From the NCBI GenBank assembly GCA_012295275.1, contig CM022671.1:5580001-5644000 (forward strand): a stretch of DNA of 64,000 nt. Direction: 5' to 3'. This DNA comes from Chrysomallon squamiferum (taxonomy: Eukaryota > Animalia > Mollusca). A program made the position numbers and the translations under genes. The notes beneath the pieces are model-generated. The model was not told the DNA's origin. It made no database searches and saw nothing but the letters and a program-made list of their open reading frames with translations. Below, in pieces: positions 15,601-62,624 of the stretch (positions are counted from its first letter, which is position 1; the number at the start of each line of letters is the position of its first letter).

Positions 15601-15860
15601 TCCATTGTTTTGTTTTGTATTTTTTTTTTTTTTTTTTTTTGTAACTCTAACTCGACGGTTGAAACAAGTGCGCCCTATGCAAGGTTTTGATAAAATGATG
15701 TAGGAGTATTTTTACTTGTTATTTATTTCATCTTTCGAAAAACAAATGATAATCTTTATACTGTTATTTTATTCCTTTTTATCTTCTTTCAAGCATACAA
15801 ACAAAGAATTGATTTTACACAAATATTTATAAATGCAGAAAAAAAAAAAATATTACTCAC

Positions 15861-16100
15861 CTGTTTTATTATTATTATTTTTTTTTTTTTCACTTTAAGA
15901 TTCTTTCTTTTCAACTCCTAGTATATCTTAACAAATGAAAAAGTCCTTCGTATGTTCAATAAAATACATTCCATTTGAAAAATAAATAATATTAATAATT
16001 ATAACAATAATCCTGAATAGCTCCTTTCGGCAAAAACTCGGAACAGTTATCAATATCACATCAAAAAATCGTCTGCCAGTGTGTCACGTGCTAGCGACTG
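15861..16100 (-). other. Putative non-coding first exon (5' UTR) of a minus-strand gene
   Basis: Consensus donor CAG|GTGAGT at 15861/15860 just downstream of the promoter island; no ATG-started frame stays open to the donor; 5' end approximate. Confidence 0.5.
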
Positions 16101-16480
16101 TTTGCGGCAGACTTTGGCGGGAAAGTACGGCGAAGTTGAGCGAGAGAAGCAGAAGACATAGAAGCTGGAGTGTCATGAATACATAACCCGACTGTGGAGA
16201 TATTCCATAACCCAAACTCTGGAGTCAAATATTAGCTCGGTGGCGGCAAACTCGCGAGGGATTGCATTTCATGCCAAGTCATGAGAGCGTTATTCCCGAG
16301 AGATGCCAGCGATTCACCTCGGCGGAGCTCGGAGCCGATTGGCGGACGCGGCCGAAGATCGAAGCTGGAGCGAGCGCCGATTGGCTGCTTTCGTCAACCT
16401 TTTACATCTCGCTAATCACGGCAATAACTCGCCGCGGGCAAACACGCGGTTATGATATAATGTACACACAAAGTATGGCC
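16060..16480 (-). promoter_or_regulatory. CpG-rich promoter of an unidentified minus-strand gene
   Basis: Two identical GCCAATCGGC NF-Y-type boxes 42 bp apart (16334-16343, 16376-16385, minus strand), E2F-type TTTGGCGGGAAA (16113-16124), E-box GTCACGTG (16083-16090), palindrome CTCGCGAG (16251-16258). Confidence 0.65.
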
Positions 16481-17040
16481 CTTGAGCATGTACTAAAATG
16501 GCAGTATTTTAGTTTTAGATTAATTCAAATAAAGTTAATCGATTTGAATAATGCTGCTTTGTCTCTTGCTCGATGTCGCATAGGAGATGGATAGAAGGTT
16601 TTCAGTAACGGCTCAAAGAGTCGTTCGAGTTTAAAAAATAATAATAAAAAAATAGATGGGGTTCTTGTCAGGGGTTGGATTGAAGAAAATATACGGGCAG
16701 CGAATAAAAAATAGATAATGATACTAAAACAAAAAAGAAGAAGAAACAAATAATTATAACAAGAACAGTAAATAAATGAATAATTAAATAAATTAATGTT
16801 TTTTTTGTTTTTCTTTAAGTTTCTAGAAAAAAAAATGCAATTGAAATGAACCTTGAATGCGATCGTGTGAACTATAATTTAAAATTATACTTACCCGTTT
16901 ATATAAAAATAATATTAAAAAAATAATAATTATATGCATACTGTATATATAAAATTATAAAACTCTGTATGTTTTTATCTTTTTATTTTATAATTCTAAA
17001 TAAATACCAAAAAAAAAAAAAAAAAAAAAAAAAAATAATA

Positions 17041-17097
<57 letters not shown>

Positions 17098-17589
17098 AAA
17101 AAAATTAAAAAAATAAAATAAAATCACTAACGAAAAAAATTAAAAAAAGAAGAAAGAAAAAAAAACGGAAAACAATAAAATAACAACAACCAATATCGTC
17201 GATATATAAATACTGTTCTAAGAAGCATTAACACAACTCGAACTTCAGTAAGTATGTATATATTCAGCCGCTTCCCTGTTTTAACAAACATTTATTGTTT
17301 TTCTCATTCGAATTTCTCTTTCTCGTTTTCTTTGTTTCTGAGTGTTAAAAATTAATACTAATCGTTAGGCAGTACAAGCTATCCAAAACGCAGTAGACCG
17401 TATTATCGCTTTTTCGATTTATCGATATATCGAGTTATTTCAGTTTCGTTTGTGTTTCACTTTTATATCGTAGAATAAATATTGAAATCTGGTGTTGATA
17501 TTGCGCACTCTTGAAACAACAATTATTTACCTTCGATAGATTTTATACCTACACATTTGCATACATATAGCTGTGGTATCGTTACTAGT

Positions 17590-18440
17590 GACGATGGTGA
17601 TGGAGACAACAGTGGTGATGATGTGGTTGTAATCGTAGTAGCAGTAATAGTGGTAGTAATTTAGTAGAAATAAAACTAATAGTAATAATAATAATCATTT
17701 TTAGTAGAAATCAGCAGTAGCTGTAGTAATAGTAGAAGTAGTAGTAGCAGTAGTAGTAGGAGCAATAATAGTAGTGGTAGTTGTTTTTAGTAGTAATAAA
17801 TGTTTTAGTAAAAACTATTATAAAACTTTGTATTATAACTTTATTATAGTGATTGATGTAATAGTAGTAGTTGAGGTAGTAACATTGGTAGTAATAGTTC
17901 TAGTAGTAGCCATAGTAGTAGCATTGGTAATTAGTAGTTGTTGTAGGAGCAGCAGTAGTAATAGTAGATGTTATTGTTGTAATAGTAGTAGTAGTAACAG
18001 TAACAATATTAAAGTAGTAGTTGTAATAGTCGCAGTAATAGTACTAATATGAATTACTGTTGTGACGGTAGTAATAGTAATAGTATTATAAGTAGTAGTA
18101 GTTGTTGCAGTTGTTATTATTACTTTTACTGTGCTTGTAGAAAATGTAATAGTAACATTGGTACAAGTAGTTGTAGTAGCAGTAATTATGGTAGTGATAG
18201 TAGCAGTTGTTGTTGTAGAAGAAGTAGTAGCAGTAGTAGTAATAGTAATAGTACTAAAAGTAGTAGTAGTTGTTGTAGTTGATATCATTACTGTTATTGT
18301 GTTTGTAGAAAATGTAGTAGTAACACTGATAGATGTAGCTGTAATAGCAGTAATTGTTGGAGTGGTAGTAGTCATAGTAACAGTTGTTGTTGTAGAAGAA
18401 GAAGAAGTAGTAGCAGTAGTAATAGTAGTAGTAGTAGAGG
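17590..18440. repeat. Cryptic (AGT)n-rich trinucleotide tract
   Basis: Degenerate AGT/AGC/AAT triplets; similar tracts at 19085-19535 and 20525-20790. Confidence 0.85.
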
Positions 18441-19471
18441 CAGACACAACATAAGTCGTATGAGTATTCTTAACAACATAACGAAATGATAAGAAAACCG
18501 TATTAAGTATTAACTGTTTTTAACACAGAGAATATAGTTTTTCACATTTTGGTAAATACTGACCCAAGAAATTTGCATGACCTCTGAACACCCTTCACTA
18601 CCCTTCAACAACTTGTCAACACTTCACGTGATTCGTTACACAGATATTTTCATCTTATATACAGCATAATTTATACTTCTTAACGATTACGATTTCGTAT
18701 CAGCTTTTTTACATCCCTGGGAACGTAAACTTCCTGTAGGCGTGGTTGGTTGAATCCTGTAATGTTAATACTATCGTTAAGTAATCTGTTTGATCTTTTA
18801 AAATGGAGCGTGTAGTTAAATGTATATAGATTATTTTTAATAATTTAGATCCGTTATATTGTTAATTTTTATTTAAAAAAGAAAAATATATAAAATTAAT
18901 AATTATAATAATATTAATAAATAAATAATATAGATTTATTAATTTTCAATTCATATACTTTCTTTCTTTAAACATCCTCTGTTTGATGTGAATTGTTTAT
19001 TTATTTATTTATTTATTTATTTAATTTAATTTGCTTGTTTGTGTTTTTGTTTTTTATTTATTGATTTTTTGATTTTATGATACACTAGTAGTAGTAATAA
19101 TAGCAACATTAATATTAATTGTGATAATAACATTATATCTAGTAATAGTAGTAGAAACGACACTAACAATTGTAGTATTTGTAATAGTAGTAATAGTTCT
19201 AGCAGTTGTAGTAGTAGCAGCGGCAGTAGTAATAATAGCAGACGTTGAAGTCGTAGTAATAATAGCAGTAGCAGTAACAGTAATAGAATTAGTAGTAGTA
19301 GTAAAAGTAGTAACAATAATAGTAGTAGCAGAAATAATAATAATAGCAGTGGTGGTAGTACTAGTAATATTAATAGAAAATAGTAATTCAGCATTGTAAT
19401 AGTAGTAGTGTTTGCAATTTCAGTAGTGCCAGCAATAATAGTAATAGTAATAGTTGCACTAGTAGTAGTAA

Positions 19472-19524
<53 letters not shown>

Positions 19525-19796
19525 ACAGTAGTAGCAGAGCAGCCGCTGTAGTGTTAGAAGTTTTCTTTGTTGTTAATCACTGATGTGAAACGGATTCTAA
19601 ATGGAAAGATCGATAGATAGTGCGGTCATCGATACAAATATAACTAGTCTTGAAATTTACACTGACAGAACGTTTGAAATTTTTCAGTATTTTAGAATAT
19701 CGGTGGTATGGTCTGAACATTTTTAATAAACGAAATTTATATTCCGGAAAAATGTGCTTCATTTTTTGTTCCCTTCTCTAATTCTGATTTATTAAT

Positions 19797-19914
<118 letters not shown>

Positions 19915-20310
19915 AACAATCTGTATCACTTTTTGATGTTATCTACTCTTCAGTCACAAGTGCACGCACACACGTACCCACACGCACACACACACAGGTG
20001 CACATACACACATCACCTTCTATTGCACGTCTTTAGCATTTCGGTTTTGCTAACAATATAAAAATTAATTAAATTTATCGTCATCAATTACCAAGAAGCC
20101 TCGTCATTAATAAACACTTTTTATATTTGTTAATTTTCTCACAAAACAGCACCCACAAATATGTGCACTATTATTACAAAAACGTGAAGAAATTTACTTG
20201 TATCATGAGAAAAATGTAACATGATTATTTCGACACGAGGTTTAATAAATTAAGAGGCTAGACAATGCATTGCTTATTAATAATAGTTATTGCTTTATAA
20301 CACAAAATAC

Positions 20311-20415
20311 GCTAATTACGTAACACATCATTGCTAATTACGCAAAACGTCACTGCTAATTACGTAATACATCACTGATAATTATGTAATACGTCATTGC
20401 TAAATACGTAAGATG
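20311..20415. repeat. 22-bp tandem repeat, ~5 copies
   Basis: GCTAATTACGTAATACATCACT-like units at 20311, 20333, 20355, 20377, 20399. Confidence 0.8.
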
Positions 20416-20906
20416 TGCCAAGTTTATTAAATTTATTTTTCTTTGCGTTATCTTTACTATTTGTTTTCTAAAGTGTCTTTAAATTGCCAATGCAAGTGAT
20501 GTAGGTTGGACAGATTTTGTAGTATAGTGTAATAGTAGTAGTTGTAATTATTGTAATATTTGTAATAATACTGTTGCTAGCTATTGCTGAACTACTAGTA
20601 AATGCTGTTGTGATCATAACAGTAGTACCAGTAGTAGTAGTAGTAGCAGAAATACCAACAGCAGCAGCAGCAGCATTTGTAGTAATAGCAGTAGTAGCTG
20701 GGGCGTTTGTAGTAATAGTTGCAGTAGTGGTGATTGTAAGTAGTAAGACAGGACAGTAGTATGGCACAGTAATAGTAGTAGCAGCAGAGTAATACTGAAC
20801 TGACTGTAAATCACGAGAGCAACAGCAACAGCAACAGCAAAAACAGCTTAATATGTTGAATTGTAACCAAACTTTGCTGTTTCTTAATTATTTAATTATT
20901 TATTCT

Positions 20907-20946
<40 letters not shown>

Positions 20947-21080
20947 CTTGTTTGTTTGTTTGACTGGCTGGTCATTGTTTTGTCAAACTATATTACTGTT
21001 CTAATCTTATCAGTTGTTAAACACACTAAAATACAATAAAAATAACCATATAAAAAGTAAATAAATAAATAAATAAATAA

Positions 21081-21142
<62 letters not shown>

Positions 21143-21483
21143 AAATAATAATAATGGTAGTAATAATATTAATAGTAATAGTTATGATAATGATGATGAT
21201 GATGATGATAACTGAAGCTGTTTTTCTTTCTTTCTTACTTTTATTCTTTCTTTCTTTCTTTTATTTATTTATTTATTTTATAGCTTATTATTTAATATAA
21301 TTGTATGACGGTCGTGTAGGAAACAAATTGTTCACGTATACCACATACTCACATAGCTAATTGTCTTCGAGATATAACTTGCAGAGCAATTGCTGGAACG
21401 AGATATTATTCAAAGGATGATCCGAGAGCATGTGGTTTTACCATTTAACACACATCACGTGATGAACTAAACCACGAAAACCA

Positions 21484-21532
<49 letters not shown>

Positions 21533-24500
21533 CTCTTTCTCTCTCTATCATCTCTACAACTAACATCAATTAAGTCTCAATAATATATATATATATATAT
21601 ATAAAAAAAAAGAGAGAGAGAAAAAAATCTTTGTGAGGTGGAGAGAGATGTCGACGCGAGTGAACGAGAAACCTGGTATAAATGGTAATAATTGATTCTT
21701 TGATTTCAAAGTCCTTTATGGCAAAAAATAAATCAATATGCACAAAGCAGGTAATAATTTACCGTAATTGCGAGCCCGAATTTCGTCAGTGTGGCCAGAC
21801 GGCAACTTCAAAATGTGAAGATTATGGCTATGGCCAATCGTCCATTTCAGCCGGATATGGCGTCATTAACGGTCTGAGTAGTTCCGGAAGAGTTCCTACT
21901 AGATTGATTCTGACTCCAAGGAAAATCGATAGGTGGCGCTGTTGCGGAGGGGATGTCGTTTTGAATGGTGGGTAGTAAATGAACTGCTGCCGCGATGGGG
22001 AGCTGCTGTGGGATCGATTCTGTTTATTGCTGAGAAAGCGAGTGAGGAGAAATACTAGCAGAAATGTTGTGAGGTTTTTATTTTTGATTAATTTCTTGAA
22101 AAAATAAAAAATAAATAAAAATAAAAGAAGAAGAAGGAGAGTAAATCGGGCTGTTCTTTTAATCTCCCCGTATTTTGTGTTTTTTTTTTTTCGTCTTTCA
22201 AAAAAAAAAAAACATTATGAATTATAATAAAAATAATAATAAAATAAAATTAAATTACATTTAAAAAAAATAAATTAAATTAAATAAAATTAAATTAAAT
22301 TAAATAAAATTAAATTAAAAATAAAATAATAAAAATAAATAAAACCAAGTAAAAGATAGAAAATTAAAATATTTAAAGTAGAATATTTATTTATTTATTT
22401 ATTTATTTATTTATTTCATTTTTATTTATTATTATTTTTTTAATCATTTTAAAACCTGAGGTTTATTTTCTAAATCGTAACATAAAGATTTATTTTCTCA
22501 TTTTTCTTCTATCCAATGATTTCTTAATCACTCTTTTATGAATAATTTAACGCTATTTGCTAACAACCATTACTCTCTCTCTCTCTCTGTGCCTTGTATA
22601 TAAATCAATTACTGTTGCCACTAAAGATAAGCCTGAACAGTTTCCTAATATTCAAAAAATCAGATATTATTTACACCCACCAAAACCAATAACAGCTGGG
22701 AATCTCGCCACCTGTCACGTGTCACCAAATCCAAAACGAGGCGGCGGCCATACTGTCTCAGTCCATTACTCGCGTTTGTAGAGATTAGTTTCGCAAGGTG
22801 GTAGCACTAATAAACAAAATATTGAAAGCAATTATCTACGCAGATTAGCAAATGTCCGTGTTCCCCAGTCACGTGACGTTGTTGAGTAAACACCCAGAGA
22901 CGGGGAGACGCCTGCACCGGCCGTGATCCACGAAAACCTCGTTTTGATTTGTTTGTCAGATACGGGACACGTAACTGTGTCACACTTCTGCGAATAACAG
23001 TAATTTGATTTCTGTTTTGAATGCTACGAATAGTGTATAAAAGATGCTTTATTTATGTATTAACGTGCATGCATGCATACGTAGAAATACGCCGACACCG
23101 AAACAAACACTAACATTCACATTTGATTAATATATTTCAAATCTACGTACGAGATATACATACGTACTCGTATGATATATATACATATATATGCATCATA
23201 TACAGATACATATATACGTACAGACATACACAAAAAGCCATAGTGCGGGCGAATGGGTGTTAAACGTTCGAGTCTCGTCAGCGGCATTTAACTTTTTTGA
23301 GCTCGTGATGGGACTTCGTCCTCCTGAGCCAATGATTTTGTACAGTCTAATCGGAGAATATTAAACATACATACATACAGACAGACAGACAGACATACAT
23401 ATCCACACATATGATTAACACTGGCGTGGAAAAGGGACTTGGGAAAATTCGTTACAGCTCGAGCTTGCAGTCACGTGACATACTGTGTTTTTCCAGTCAA
23501 CGTATATCAATTTCCTATTAACCCCAATTGGCGAGAAATGATAAGGAAATTAACTTCATATTTTTAAGTGCTCTTTTTGCAAAGTGGCACATTTAGTGCA
23601 ATTTGGTGCCCTGCTAGTGATATCACTTTTCATTTTCATTGTGGGCTGAAAACGAGAACGCAAACTCATCACTTCAGCTGAATGGTTCGCTAACAGCGTC
23701 AAAGTGGCTCTGAAATAATGACCGGGGAAGACAGTTCTTTGAAAATAGGTTTTCTTTCCCCCGTTTTGAAAAAAATATAATACTAAGCATTCAGGTAATG
23801 ATTTACACCTTAAACATAAACACTGTGAACCAGGCTTTTGGTTTGTCCAGTCATTCGTGAGGCTACAGCGTACGCATGCGCAAGACACGCTAGCTGGTGA
23901 TTGGTGTAGTTAATAATAATCGTACAGTTTATCATGGACTATATGTTATGTGATACTGTTTACGAAACAAATGAGAAAAATATACCTAATTATCGATATT
24001 TCTTTCTGGTCCAGTTTGTATTTGTAGCATCGTTGCAAATACTACTACTACTCTTATAACAAATACCACTAAAACTACTAGTGTTACTACTACAACAACT
24101 GCTATTACCAGTATACTACTGCAGCTGCTACTAAAATTTGGACAACTACTAATAGTACTATTACTACTGCTATTACTGCTAACGTTACTTAAGCTACTAT
24201 TAGTACAGTTACTACTACTTTGCATCTGTACTACTGTTAGACACAGATATACACTCTATTATTATAGACTAAAATATTAAGATAAAAAAAACGGACAAAC
24301 AGACGGACGTTCAATTAACAATGCTTATAGACAAAAAACGGACAGTCAGATATACAAAAAGATAGACAGGCAACCAACCATAAACAGAAGTTCACAGATA
24401 AATAAATAAATAGACTGAAAGACAGAAAGACAAAGAAACAGTTTGATAAACAGACTGCAAGAGAGACAAACTGATAGGTCAGACAGACAGGTCAACAGAC

Positions 24501-25754
24501 AGGTCAACAGACAGGTCAACAGACAAACACAGAGAGACTCGTATTTTCCTTTTACTAATCCAGAAACGTCTTTGTTTTCATTTTCTAATTAACAAAGACA
24601 GACAAACCGATATATGTACAAAAATATATTTGTAATAGAGTAAGCCAGACCGACAGACAATTCCACATACCGACATTCTCACGTTAAAAAAAAACGATTA
24701 TATTTTCATCTTCAAAGTAACAAAGAGATGGTCATCTTTCTGTGAATTAGAGAAAAATGAAAAACTAGTCGAATATTTCAAAGACACAGAATATCGTGCC
24801 TTGGAAAGACTGCATTGTGTAATTTCAAACTGCATATCCACAAGTTTGTATGATGTGCTGTATAAATTTGTTGAAATAAGCGTTACAAGAATATAGACAT
24901 TTGTATAGGTATAGTTTGCCTAAGTGTATGCGTGTGTGTATGTGTTTAGGTATGTTTATGTGCGAGTGTGTGTATTTTTATGTTTTGTGTTTATAGAATT
25001 GTTATGTTTATATATGTGAGTATGTTAGTATGGATGTTAATATTTGTCTGTATGTATGTATATTTGTAAATAATTATGTTTGTGTACATGTGTATCATTG
25101 TATGTATGTACGTATGTATATGTGTTTATGTATGCGTCTGTTTATTAGTAGGCACGGATGGATGGATGCTTAGATCTATGGATGCTTGTATTTATATTAA
25201 AAATATATTTAAAAAATCAGTCATTAATTTGAAGAGTTTTTATAAGAACAAATGACTGATTCGTTTCATATTCAAAACAATGTTAAAAACTTTAAAAAAT
25301 GAGAATGCAATCCACAAGAACTCCGGTTTCGATCCTAGTATCTACTGGTCTTAACCACTTCCTATCTGAAATCTAGTTTTTCTACAACGTTATTGGAAAA
25401 CATAACCATAAAATACATCACACATCTCTACTCCACTATCCTGCTTCGTACAACAAAATAACTCAATAATAATATGCATATCGTCGCATAGCTGTAAAGT
25501 AATAATAAAAAAAAATGATATTAAATATTCCATTTTCCAGTGGCGATAGAAATTTATATTGATTTTGAGATCAAACCGAGGCAATCGACTAATTGTATTT
25601 CAATTTCCGCCAGGTATCGCAAATTAACATCGGATATTTCAATTAAATATTTTATGACTATCGATACTGATTACTGAGGCCTGTCCCGTGATAAAATGTG
25701 TTTTATTTGATGTTAGCACAAAATCACAGCAGGAGGGATAGTTGTATATGAATT

Positions 25755-25813
25755 ATAATAAATAAATAATATAAATAAATAAATAAATAAGTAAGTAAGT
25801 AAATAAAATAAAA

Positions 25814-25888
<75 letters not shown>

Positions 25889-26000
25889 AATAAAATAAAA
25901 TAAAATAAATAAATAAATAAATAAATAAATAAAATGAAGTAAAACAAAATAACATAAAATAAAATAAAATAAAATAAAATAAAATAAAATAAAATAAAAT
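25755..26000. repeat. (AAAT)n/(AAAAT)n microsatellite
   Basis: Direct inspection. Confidence 0.9.
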
Positions 26001-26334
26001 ATACAAACAGATAGCCAAAAAAAACAACTAAAGAAATATCAACATCATATTCATCGTCATTAGCATTCTTAATGATATTGTAATTATTATAAACGGAATT
26101 ATATTCATCATCATCGTCGTCAGTATTATTATATCATCATCACAATAACTGCTACAACAGCAGCAAAACTACCACTACTACTATCTCATCTACTGCTATA
26201 TCTAATATTTATTCCTCCACTACTGTACACCAATCTGAAATATATCACTACATATACTAATGTCACTACTATTGTTTCTTCAACTGTCGCTATTTTGCAA
26301 GTGTGAGGTTGTGTGTATAAATATACACAAAAAC

Positions 26335-26383
<49 letters not shown>

Positions 26384-27784
26384 GTCAGATAAAATCCAAA
26401 AAATAAAAAATACTCAGTGGTTTTCAGAAGGTAAAACAATGCTTTATTGTATTTTACTTTACTTTATTTTATTTATTTATTTATTATTCTATTATTATTT
26501 TTGTTGTTCAATCGTTCGTTTTGTTTAGCCTATGATAAAAAAAAAAACGAGTCAGAAATTATATTTTTGTTTTCTTTCAAATCGAACATTCTGTCACGTG
26601 ACCTACATCTGACATTCTCGCATCCAACTTCCTGTTCTAGTAGCAGACGTGAACGTTTCAAATCATAACTTCTTTCACTAGAGAATTATCCTGAACAAAA
26701 ACTCAATACTCTGCATTAATCCTTGAATGCCCTTCAAAGGACTTGCAAGAACTTCAAAGAAGTAGGAAGAAATCAGGGTTATGGTGTAAATCTGAAAACA
26801 GAAATGTTATTCTGGACTTGGAAGCATTTGGTATTCTATTAAGAATCTGTGTAAAAAAATTATTATTGATTACATCTTTTCAAAAGGCCGCCTTATGAAC
26901 AAATTTATAAAAGTAATTGTTTTTACCTTTGTTTTCACTTTTCTACTGAACTCATGTGTACAAAAATCTTACTTTAATGACGTTAAATTATAGATATGGA
27001 TATAGATAGATAGACGGATAGATAGATAGATAGATAGGTAGATACATCTGTACACATATGAATGCTTAATGTATTCATGTACTTCCTTAGGAATGAATGT
27101 TGTTTGGAGGGGTTGTTTAATTAACCGAGTATTTTTTTTTTTTTTATTTATTTATTTAATTTTATTATTATGATTATTATTATTATTTAAACTTTAATGC
27201 ATAAACAGTGTTTACATCTTTTTCGACTTCCAGTTTAAAAAGGGTAAAATTCAAAAATAACAAACCTTATTTTAATAATAATTATTTCAAGGTAGAATCA
27301 GTTTGAAAAATCGTTTTCTTATTTACGATAATTTGAAAATAGTTAGCTCAACAATTGCACAGATTTACGAATTACTTTCTTCCATCAACATAATGTCTGG
27401 CATTTAAGTCCCTTTTAATGTTAAAATTTAACTGGGTTTTTGTATTAAACTTTACTGCCGTTCAGCGGCTGGACTGCGTATTCTACTTGGTGTTCAGAGA
27501 GACAGAAATTTTACATCTAGATATTTAATTTCGCGGAATAAACCATCGAGACAGAACATTGACTATAAGAATAATCAGTGTATTTCAATGTCAACTATTA
27601 CGTCTTGTTATGTTTATTGTTATTTGAATAATGGTTATATGTAAGTTAGAGTTCAGGCAGATAAGCAGTAAGGGAGCTAATTTATGCATTTTCTGATCGA
27701 CATTAAAGCACATAATATAATACAGCGTTTGATTAACCAGTATACACTTTCGTGCATACAGATTTAAATATCATACATTTACGT

Positions 27785-27822
<38 letters not shown>

Positions 27823-28769
27823 ACACACACACACGTACTCACAGACAGACAAAATCACATTCACATAGAGATACATGCAAACAAATTCACACACACATTT
27901 CATGACCGACTTTGTTTGTTTTTTTTTTTTTTTTTTTTACTGTGAGGTGAGGCAGACATTAATAAGATATACCTGCCGTCAATAAGTGGATCACCATTTC
28001 CATTCGAAATTCCTGTTTTATTTTCCATCATTTTTCCATTAATCAAGCGACAAAAACACGCCTCTTTTCTTTTCCAGCCTCTGTTCAGATCTGATATATT
28101 AGTCCTGTCTAATTAGCCTTTTTTCTTGCGCCATCTAACAAACACGATATTCATTTTATGGACATTCTAGTAGAATGTAGGGTTGACTATTTTTTTTTTT
28201 TTTTTGCAGCGTACGAAACGACGCTACATTAAAAGATCAGTTTCACTGCCGCAGTTAAACCGCGCTTTACAAACCAAATGGATTTTTACTGCTTTTCAGA
28301 AATTGTTTTTCCAATATCTTTGTTCTTGCTCGTATATTGCCTTTTAAAATATTTTTACTATTTATATTCGTGGTATGTTTACCTTCGTCTTTGGTGGCGT
28401 TTATTTTTGTTGGTTTGTCCCTCGAGAAAACGACATCCCAATATAGTTAGTTATTTGTTTGTGGGTTTCTAAATTTAAACATCAAGCTCATTGAATTAAC
28501 TCACTGGGAATCAGCAAAATAAAGCAATGTAAATGACAACTTCAGAGAAAAAAAAAAAAAGAACAAACGAAAAGAACAAAAATAAATCATTTAGCCAGGT
28601 TATAACAAAACGAATATTTTTGATAATTGTTTATTAGCTAATTTTATGTGCATAAATATTTGAATAATTGTCGAATAATTTACTAAAACTATAATCTAAG
28701 TGTTAACTGACTAATGAATGATGTTATATGTTGAGTGATGTGCATTTTGAAAAGTTTTTCAGTTTTCAG

Positions 28770-40143
<11,374 letters not shown>

Positions 40144-40513
40144 TTCGACATTAAAAAAACTGAACCTAAATATATGAAATTATTTAAATAGGCTATTATT
40201 GTAAACGTGTATATTAGGCTCGGATATCGAGCTAGCCTGGTGTCCACCTTAAGTCCACGAACGTTAAGTAAAATGTTCTTTGTTTCTTGCAGTTATAAAA
40301 TCAGGCTATGAATACTCGGTGTCAAAAATCAATCATAGAATAGTACGATCCGAGTACAGCAACAGTTGGCACCTATCGATCTCTCGTAGTATTTTTGAAT
40401 TAATTTTCTAAGGGAATATGTCATTAAATTGTGAAATAAATTTTTATATCTGTAAATACAACTAAAAAATAAAACAAATAAAATAAATAACTAAATAAAT
40501 AAATAAACAGATA

Positions 40514-40562
<49 letters not shown>

Positions 40563-40964
40563 TTTAATACTGAACAAATAACACTAATGCAGTTTCAAGT
40601 AGGTCGAAACGGTTTACGATTTCTGTGGCGTATTATAAGAAAGTAATAATAAAGAATGGGAGTAATGTGTAATGTTATTTTAAAACATATTTTGAATGAG
40701 TATGTTCAATTTACATTGACATAATGTGTTTCATTAACTGTCGGTATTGAGAGACCAGTTAGAACCTCTATAGTCAAAAAGAAATTCATAAACATTAACG
40801 GTAACGAGACTATTTTTATATTTTTTTTTTTTTACTTTGAACTCTCGAAAAATCACGAACACTTGTCGCGTGATTAAATATGGACGATAAGGAAGCAGCC
40901 GAGATGTAGTTATCATTCGAAATGTTGTTTTGGTTAACATAATTTGTTCCGAACCATTTCTAAA
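40144..40964. promoter_or_regulatory. Divergent promoter region between the P4H-alpha-like and USP32 start codons
   Basis: Opposite-strand ATGs 821 bp apart; two CpG-containing blocks separated by an (AAT)n tract; minus-strand TATTTAAA (40183-40190) 29 nt upstream of an Inr-like TCAGTT (40158-40163). Confidence 0.7.
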
Positions 40965-62315
<21,351 letters not shown>

Positions 62316-62624
62316 TTACCAACATTAGGAAGAGGTGCTTACTTCCCCACACATGAAAACTGCAGAAAAGTATTAGAGAAACATGAATATTTTGATAACA
62401 GTGCATCAAGAATTTCTTTTACTCAAAACTTTGTTGTGAAACCTTTCAGTATATGAGTGTAAAAAAAAAGATGTTTAGAGCTGTGGTTTTTTTTTAGAGC
62501 AGTATATATTCAGTGGATTCTTGTTTTTATTATTTAAAGGGGCATAGATGGATTGATTTCACCAGTTTTAATTAATAAATAGTATTAGTTGGTTTCTTTC
62601 ATATTTCAGATACTTATATAATGG

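Noticed and set aside
16262-16594. 110-aa plus-strand ORF in the promoter island
   Set aside because: TTG start, no homology recognised; an open frame is expected in a GC-rich island.
17971-18447. Thr-rich mucin-like ORF (also 3026-3274, 12159-12584, 19026-19399, 20468-20767)
   Set aside because: Translations of cryptic trinucleotide tracts that are open in several frames; no signal peptide, splice context or domain.
23237-23290. GTTCGAGTC B-box-like motif
   Set aside because: No A box at suitable spacing and no tRNA stems.
25318-25370. Minus-strand AGTGGTTAAG...GGATCGAAACC resembling tRNA A/B boxes
   Set aside because: No cloverleaf: T-stem mismatched, anticodon arm and acceptor stem missing; at most a decayed SINE head.
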